Positions 34,106 to 38,488 of a stretch of DNA of 38,488 nt are shown one piece after another. Source of the DNA: a virus. Taxonomy: Duplodnaviria; Caudoviricetes. The first letter of the stretch is position 1. Every line of letters begins with the position of its first letter. The stretch spans positions 1 to 38,488 of IMG/VR virus record IMGVR_UViG_3300025896_000011, one strand, 5' to 3'. Made by a program: the position numbers and the translations under genes. The notes beneath the pieces are model-generated. The model was not told where the DNA came from. It saw nothing but the letters and a program-made list of their open reading frames with translations, and searched no databases.

Positions 34106-34752
34106 ATAGATATGTAAAAATCAAAGGCTACAAAGAATGGTTTCTAGTAGTTGACGAGGTTGGGGGAGTTCCCAGTGGATTAAGTGAAATCATGAGCGAG
34201 AGACTATTCAATAAAGTGGTCGGTGGCTCCCATGAAATAGAGAAAGGGAATGCGCCAACCATGTGGGATCGGATAGTAATGAAAGCAGCAGAAGGACTGA
34301 GTTATGAGGAAGTGCTTAAGAAAGCACCTTACGATCTACTTATTCGCGAATCAGGATCGTATATGTTTCTAATGCCGGATCTTGAAATAGTGAGTGATCT
34401 TAGTAGAAAGGACTTTCCAAGAAGGAAAACAGACTATGCTCAGGTTGTAGTTTGCGAAAATGATGCTGAGCTGACTGATTATTGGAGGCACTTTTTCCAA
34501 AGAAGATACCCAGGAAAAACTCTGAGCGTGATAAATCATTTCAGAACTAGGAGTGATAACGAGATAAAAAAGTATTTTGAGAAAGCAGAATATGTTGTCT
34601 TTACCACGACCTTCACATCTATGGATTGGTGGGAATTGCTGGTCAGAAACCTTCAGCCTCACAACAAAGTCGAAGGGATATCTGCTAATAAAAGTGGGTG
34701 GAAAAAAGCTTTGAGAGTATATCCGAATGTGAAAGACCTCAATGAGGCTTGA
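34102..34752 (+). CDS. Hypothetical protein
   Basis: About 216 aa from the ATGA overlap at 34102. Confidence 0.6.
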   Translation: MNRYVKIKGYKEWFLVVDEVGGVPSGLSEIMSERLFNKVVGGSHEIEKGNAPTMWDRIVMKAAEGLSYEEVLKKAPYDLLIRESGSYMFLMPDLEIVSDLSRKDFPRRKTDYAQVVVCENDAELTDYWRHFFQRRYPGKTLSVINHFRTRSDNEIKKYFEKAEYVVFTTTFTSMDWWELLVRNLQPHNKVEGISANKSGWKKALRVYPNVKDLNEA

Positions 34753-34777
34753 CAAAATCAAAATAGTATGCTAGGCT
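34749..34777 (+). promoter_or_regulatory. Sigma70 promoter upstream of the packaging and structural operon
   Basis: TTGACA (34749-34754), 17 nt spacer, TGcTAGGCT. Confidence 0.68.
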
Positions 34778-34832
34778 GGATTATGTAAGATACAATTTGG
34801 TTGAAATAGACCCAAACTCAACGAATAAAACC

Positions 34833-34869
34833 GAGTCATCACCCTGCAAGGGGCGGTGGCTCTTTTTTT
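34833..34869 (+). terminator. Intrinsic terminator about 55 nt downstream of that promoter
   Basis: gagtcatc-a-ccct-GCAA-gggg-c-ggtggctc followed by seven Ts. Confidence 0.82.
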
Positions 34870-34872
34870 GTG

Positions 34873-35049
34873 TTTATTTTCACAAGGGCACATAAAAAAC
34901 TTTTCTCTTTTCCGCTAGAGAACTGGAAGGACAGGCACCCGCCCTACGAAGCAATTCAAAACAAAAACAAAAGCCTGTGGGCGAAAGCCCCGTTCGGGAT
35001 AAGCCGAAGCCAGGCACATAACACTATTGCTTGTCCTTGTGAGTATAAA
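34873..35049 (+). ncRNA. Structured RNA domain directly upstream of terS
   Basis: Closing stem ttcacaagggca/tgtccttgtgag; inner acaggc/gcctgt, gggc-GAAA-gccc and ccc-gttc-ggg. Confidence 0.6.
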
Positions 35050-35055
35050 AACTGA

Positions 35056-35469
35056 ATGGATGAAGGGAAAACCTGGATTGACGAAGCTATCGAAAGAGAG
35101 GCTACACCGAAAGCTCTAAGGGAGGAAACCACTAGAGATTTTTGTGCTAAAAGAGGCATTCCAGAAAGCACCTACTACTACGAGGTAAATAAGAAGGAAG
35201 TTGAAGCAAAGATTCAAGAAATTTGCTTTAGATACGCCAAAAAGTATACTCCTGATGTTCTAGAGAATCTTGGAGAGCGAGCCACTAAAGACAATAAGGC
35301 GGCAGAGCTATTCCTCGACTATGTTCTAGAGAAAAAGAAGAAGTTTGACTTAACAAGTGATGACAAGGCTATAGAGCCTATTACCGCTATCAACTACATT
35401 GTTCCGAATGGCCTCAATAACCCTGAAACCGACCCTGAAGCAACACAAGGCGTGGGAATACCTCAATGA
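35056..35469 (+). CDS. terS: Terminase small subunit (HTH)
   Basis: FCAKRGIPESTYY HTH, AAELFL and DLTSDD; directly upstream of and overlapping terL. Confidence 0.7.
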   Translation: MDEGKTWIDEAIEREATPKALREETTRDFCAKRGIPESTYYYEVNKKEVEAKIQEICFRYAKKYTPDVLENLGERATKDNKAAELFLDYVLEKKKKFDLTSDDKAIEPITAINYIVPNGLNNPETDPEATQGVGIPQ

Positions 35470-36784
35470 CCTTGTTACAAAGTACATTCTCTTCGGAGGA
35501 GGCGCAGGCGGAGGAAAGAGTTGGTTAGGGTGCGAGTGGCTTATTACGATGTGCTACCGATACCCAGGGACAAAGTGGTTCATAGGACGAGAGGAGCTTA
35601 AGAGATTGATGCTTTCTACTTTTGCGACATTCCGCAAGGTATGCAAGCACCACAAAATTCCAGACTCAGATTGGAAGCTTAATGGACAGTATAACTACAT
35701 TGAGTTCAAGAACGGGTCTAGAATTGACCTCTTAGATTTAAAAGAATTGCCTGGTGACCCTGACTATGAGCGATTCGGTTCTTTGGAATATACAGGGGGT
35801 TGGATAGAAGAAGCCTCAGAAGTGGCTTTTAAAGCGTTTGATGTATTGAAATCCCGCGTTGGTCGTTGGATGAACAAGGAATACAACATCAAGTCGAAGA
35901 TTCTTCTTACCTGCAACCCGAAGAAGGGATGGCTATACAAGCGATTCTACAAGCCTTTCAAAGATGGGACACTGAGCCTTAAAAATGCCTTTGTCCAGGC
36001 TCTTTATGGAGACAACGAATACACTGCTGACGAGTACGAAGAAAACCTGTCAGAGATTGAAGATATCGCCACCAAGGAGCGCTTAAAGAAGGGGAATTGG
36101 GAATACGATGACGACCCAGCCACATTGGTCAAGTACGAAGCTATCATCGACCTCTACACCAACTCAGTAGAGGAAGAGGAAGAAAAGTACATGGTCGTGG
36201 ATGTAGCCAGATTTGGTCACGATAAGACCGTTATTTCCTGCTGGAAGGGCTTAGAAGCCTACAGATGGGAAGAATATACAAAGCAAGGGACAGATAAGAC
36301 TGCCCAAAAAGTGAGAGACATTTCGAAGGAAGAGAAGATTCCTTACAGCCACATCATCATCGATGAAGATGGGATTGGCGGAGGAGTGGTGGATCAACTC
36401 GGAGGCGTGAAGGGATTTGTGAACAACAGCACCCCTTTCGACAACCCGGAGACTGGCGAGCCAGACAACTTCCAGAACCTGAAGACCCAGTGCTACTACA
36501 AGCTAGCTGACATGATCAACACTCATAAGCTGGCCATTCGTAACCTCGGGGAGACAGCAAAGGAAGACCTCGAAGAAGAACTCCAATATTTAAAAACAAA
36601 AGACGCAGACAAGGATGGCAAGAGAAGAATCGTGCCGAAGGAAGATGTTAAGAAGGACATCGGACGAAGCCCGGACTACTCTGACAACCTCATGATGCGC
36701 ATGTGGTTTGAGTTCGACAAGGTGCCTGAAGACCCTGAAGACGAGTATTTTGCCCAGCATGGCACCTATTACCAAGAAGACTAA
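35408..36784 (+). CDS. terL: Terminase large subunit
   Basis: Walker A GGGAGGGKS, Walker B WIEEA, LTCNP; nuclease motifs VDVARFGHD and SPDYSD. Confidence 0.95.
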   Translation: MASITLKPTLKQHKAWEYLNDLVTKYILFGGGAGGGKSWLGCEWLITMCYRYPGTKWFIGREELKRLMLSTFATFRKVCKHHKIPDSDWKLNGQYNYIEFKNGSRIDLLDLKELPGDPDYERFGSLEYTGGWIEEASEVAFKAFDVLKSRVGRWMNKEYNIKSKILLTCNPKKGWLYKRFYKPFKDGTLSLKNAFVQALYGDNEYTADEYEENLSEIEDIATKERLKKGNWEYDDDPATLVKYEAIIDLYTNSVEEEEEKYMVVDVARFGHDKTVISCWKGLEAYRWEEYTKQGTDKTAQKVRDISKEEKIPYSHIIIDEDGIGGGVVDQLGGVKGFVNNSTPFDNPETGEPDNFQNLKTQCYYKLADMINTHKLAIRNLGETAKEDLEEELQYLKTKDADKDGKRRIVPKEDVKKDIGRSPDYSDNLMMRMWFEFDKVPEDPEDEYFAQHGTYYQED

Positions 36785-38488
36785 TGGACACACCAAAACA
36801 AAAAAAGCCAGGTAAGTTTAACGAGAAGGAAGCTGCACGACAGCAAGCCTTGGTTCAGACCCTCTTCAAAGAGAAGAGTACCTATGAGCAATCAACCCAG
36901 GATCTTCGCAGAGAATACGTGGACATCTTCAATGCCTTCCAAGGAGACATGGAGAAGGTCAAAAATGTCCCTTACAAGAGCAAGAAAGCCATTCCAAAGC
37001 TTCGTACTGAGTCAGCCTATATCAAGGGGAACATCTTCTCAGGAGAGCCAGTGCTAGAGGTGGAGCCAGAAGGAAAGGACGAGCTGGATATCATGGTTGC
37101 CCAGTATCTCGAGAAGATCGGCAACTACCGCTTTCGAACCATTCCAAACTTTTTCGATAAAATAGAATCTTGGGCAGGGCAGGGCGTAGACTTCGGAACA
37201 TCCCTGATTTTCCCTATTTGGGTATTCAAAACAAAGAAATACAAAGAGAAGGTGCAAGTCCCTCAAGAAGATGGGTCAGTTGCCATTGAGGAGAAAGAAT
37301 ACGAGAAGGTTATCAAAGACGAACCAGACCTACTCACTCCAAACATCATTGACTGCTACTTCAACCGACTCATTCCTCAGATAAATGGAGAGGGCGGACA
37401 ATCGTCTCTTATCTATGGCTGGATCAAGTCAGGAGAAGAAGTGCGAAACAACCAGCTCTTTGACGCAGTTGGCCCGGATGGAGTTCTAAACCGAACCAAA
37501 GTAGTAGGACAGTCTTCTATCCCTGTCACTCCTTACGACTCTTCAGCACAGCTTCCAGCACAAGCATTAAACTCACAGCTCGATACAGTAATCGGGTTTG
37601 TTCGCGTTACCCACGACAAAGTATACGAAGTAGCCGATGGCAAAGAGAAGCTCTTACTTCGCGAGTACGACAATCCATATGGATGCATCAACGCAGTCAA
37701 GTTCATTTTCGAGAAGAACTGTATTCCTAACTTCTTCGATGGAGTAGGCACCGGGCAGAACACCCTCGGCATTGGAAAGATTTTCTACCAGAGTTTTGCT
37801 CAGCTAGGAGACATTGTAAAGCTCATTGGAAACCCAATGTTCATGTTCCGCAAGGGACTCGGCATTGATAAGCGCCAGTTGGTAGCCAAACCTGGTGGTG
37901 GTATTGAAATCAATACGAAAGAGCCTCTGGACAATGTCATGCGCGTAATCTCTTTCCCAGATGTGAAGCAGGGGACAATGGACTACCTCAACAAGGTAGA
38001 TGACGAACACAAGCGAGCTTCAGGAGCCAACGACCTTATTCAGGGTGGTTCTTCAAGCGAGACTCTCGGTCAAGACAAGATTGCCATTACCTCTACCACC
38101 AATCGCTTTGAGAATGTACGCAAGCGCTTTAACAACGCTTTGTCTGACCTCGCCAAGATGCTTATTGAAATGGAGCTTCTGAACCTTCAGTCACCGGACG
38201 CGCCTATCCTCAAGATATTCCCAGAAGAAGACCGACCAATGATCTATCAGTTGCTCATCAACGTGCGAGACAACCTGAAGTTCAATGTGAAGATCAAAGC
38301 CAACTCAGCCATTGCCAGAAACCGAGATGCTGAATCCAAGAGACTTACCGAGCTGTTCGCTCTATCCAAAGACATTCTTATTGACCGCGAGAAGCGAGCT
38401 TTCCTTCGAAAGATTGCCACCCGTCAGGGAGAAGAGGATGTAGACGACATGATCATGGAAAGAAACCCAGAGCTGGAAGCACAGATGC
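36784..38488 (+). CDS. Portal protein (runs off the window end and is completed at 128-231)
   Basis: TAATG overlap with terL; MDTPKQKKPGKFNEKEAARQ..., open to the end. Position after terL and a size of about 602 aa fit a podovirus portal. Confidence 0.85.
   Translation, partial: MDTPKQKKPGKFNEKEAARQQALVQTLFKEKSTYEQSTQDLRREYVDIFNAFQGDMEKVKNVPYKSKKAIPKLRTESAYIKGNIFSGEPVLEVEPEGKDELDIMVAQYLEKIGNYRFRTIPNFFDKIESWAGQGVDFGTSLIFPIWVFKTKKYKEKVQVPQEDGSVAIEEKEYEKVIKDEPDLLTPNIIDCYFNRLIPQINGEGGQSSLIYGWIKSGEEVRNNQLFDAVGPDGVLNRTKVVGQSSIPVTPYDSSAQLPAQALNSQLDTVIGFVRVTHDKVYEVADGKEKLLLREYDNPYGCINAVKFIFEKNCIPNFFDGVGTGQNTLGIGKIFYQSFAQLGDIVKLIGNPMFMFRKGLGIDKRQLVAKPGGGIEINTKEPLDNVMRVISFPDVKQGTMDYLNKVDDEHKRASGANDLIQGGSSSETLGQDKIAITSTTNRFENVRKRFNNALSDLAKMLIEMELLNLQSPDAPILKIFPEEDRPMIYQLLINVRDNLKFNVKIKANSAIARNRDAESKRLTELFALSKDILIDREKRAFLRKIATRQGEEDVDDMIMERNPELEAQM
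38362..38488. repeat. Terminal direct repeat (circular overlap), right copy
   Basis: Identical to 1-127. Confidence 0.97.

Noticed and set aside
34870-35055. 61-aa ORF before terS
   Set aside because: GTG start immediately after a terminator; the region is better explained by RNA structure.

Overview
The window is an apparently complete circular dsDNA phage genome of about 38,361 bp. Bases 1-127 are identical to 38362-38488, and the portal ORF reads in frame across that join. The layout is podovirus-like and almost entirely on the + strand. Late region: terS, terL, portal, scaffold, major capsid, GroES-like protein, a three-gene glycosyltransferase/methyltransferase-deacetylase block, tail and ejection genes, lysis genes. 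Early region: ERF, YqaJ, SSB-like protein, a replication initiator, MT-A70 methylase, RtcB and YopX. I saw no integrase, DNA polymerase or helicase. Starts mostly lack Shine-Dalgarno motifs while promoters match the sigma70 consensus, which suggests a CPR/Patescibacteria-like host (inference). Highlights: (1) a five-gene membrane module (Ser-rich exported protein, LemA, YgiB-like lipoprotein, glutathionylspermidine-synthase-like ATP-grasp ligase, minimal K+ channel); (2) a back-to-back array of five G-U-rich structured RNA domains, two of them distorted tRNA-like folds, ending in tRNA-Asn, in a genome that encodes RtcB; (3) structured leader RNAs with terminator or antiterminator logic behind two promoters; (4) a putative virion-glycosylation block; (5) a lone antisense S26 peptidase and a hidden out-of-frame Excalibur domain. 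All calls come from reading motifs and base-pairing by eye; no database search or folding program was run.
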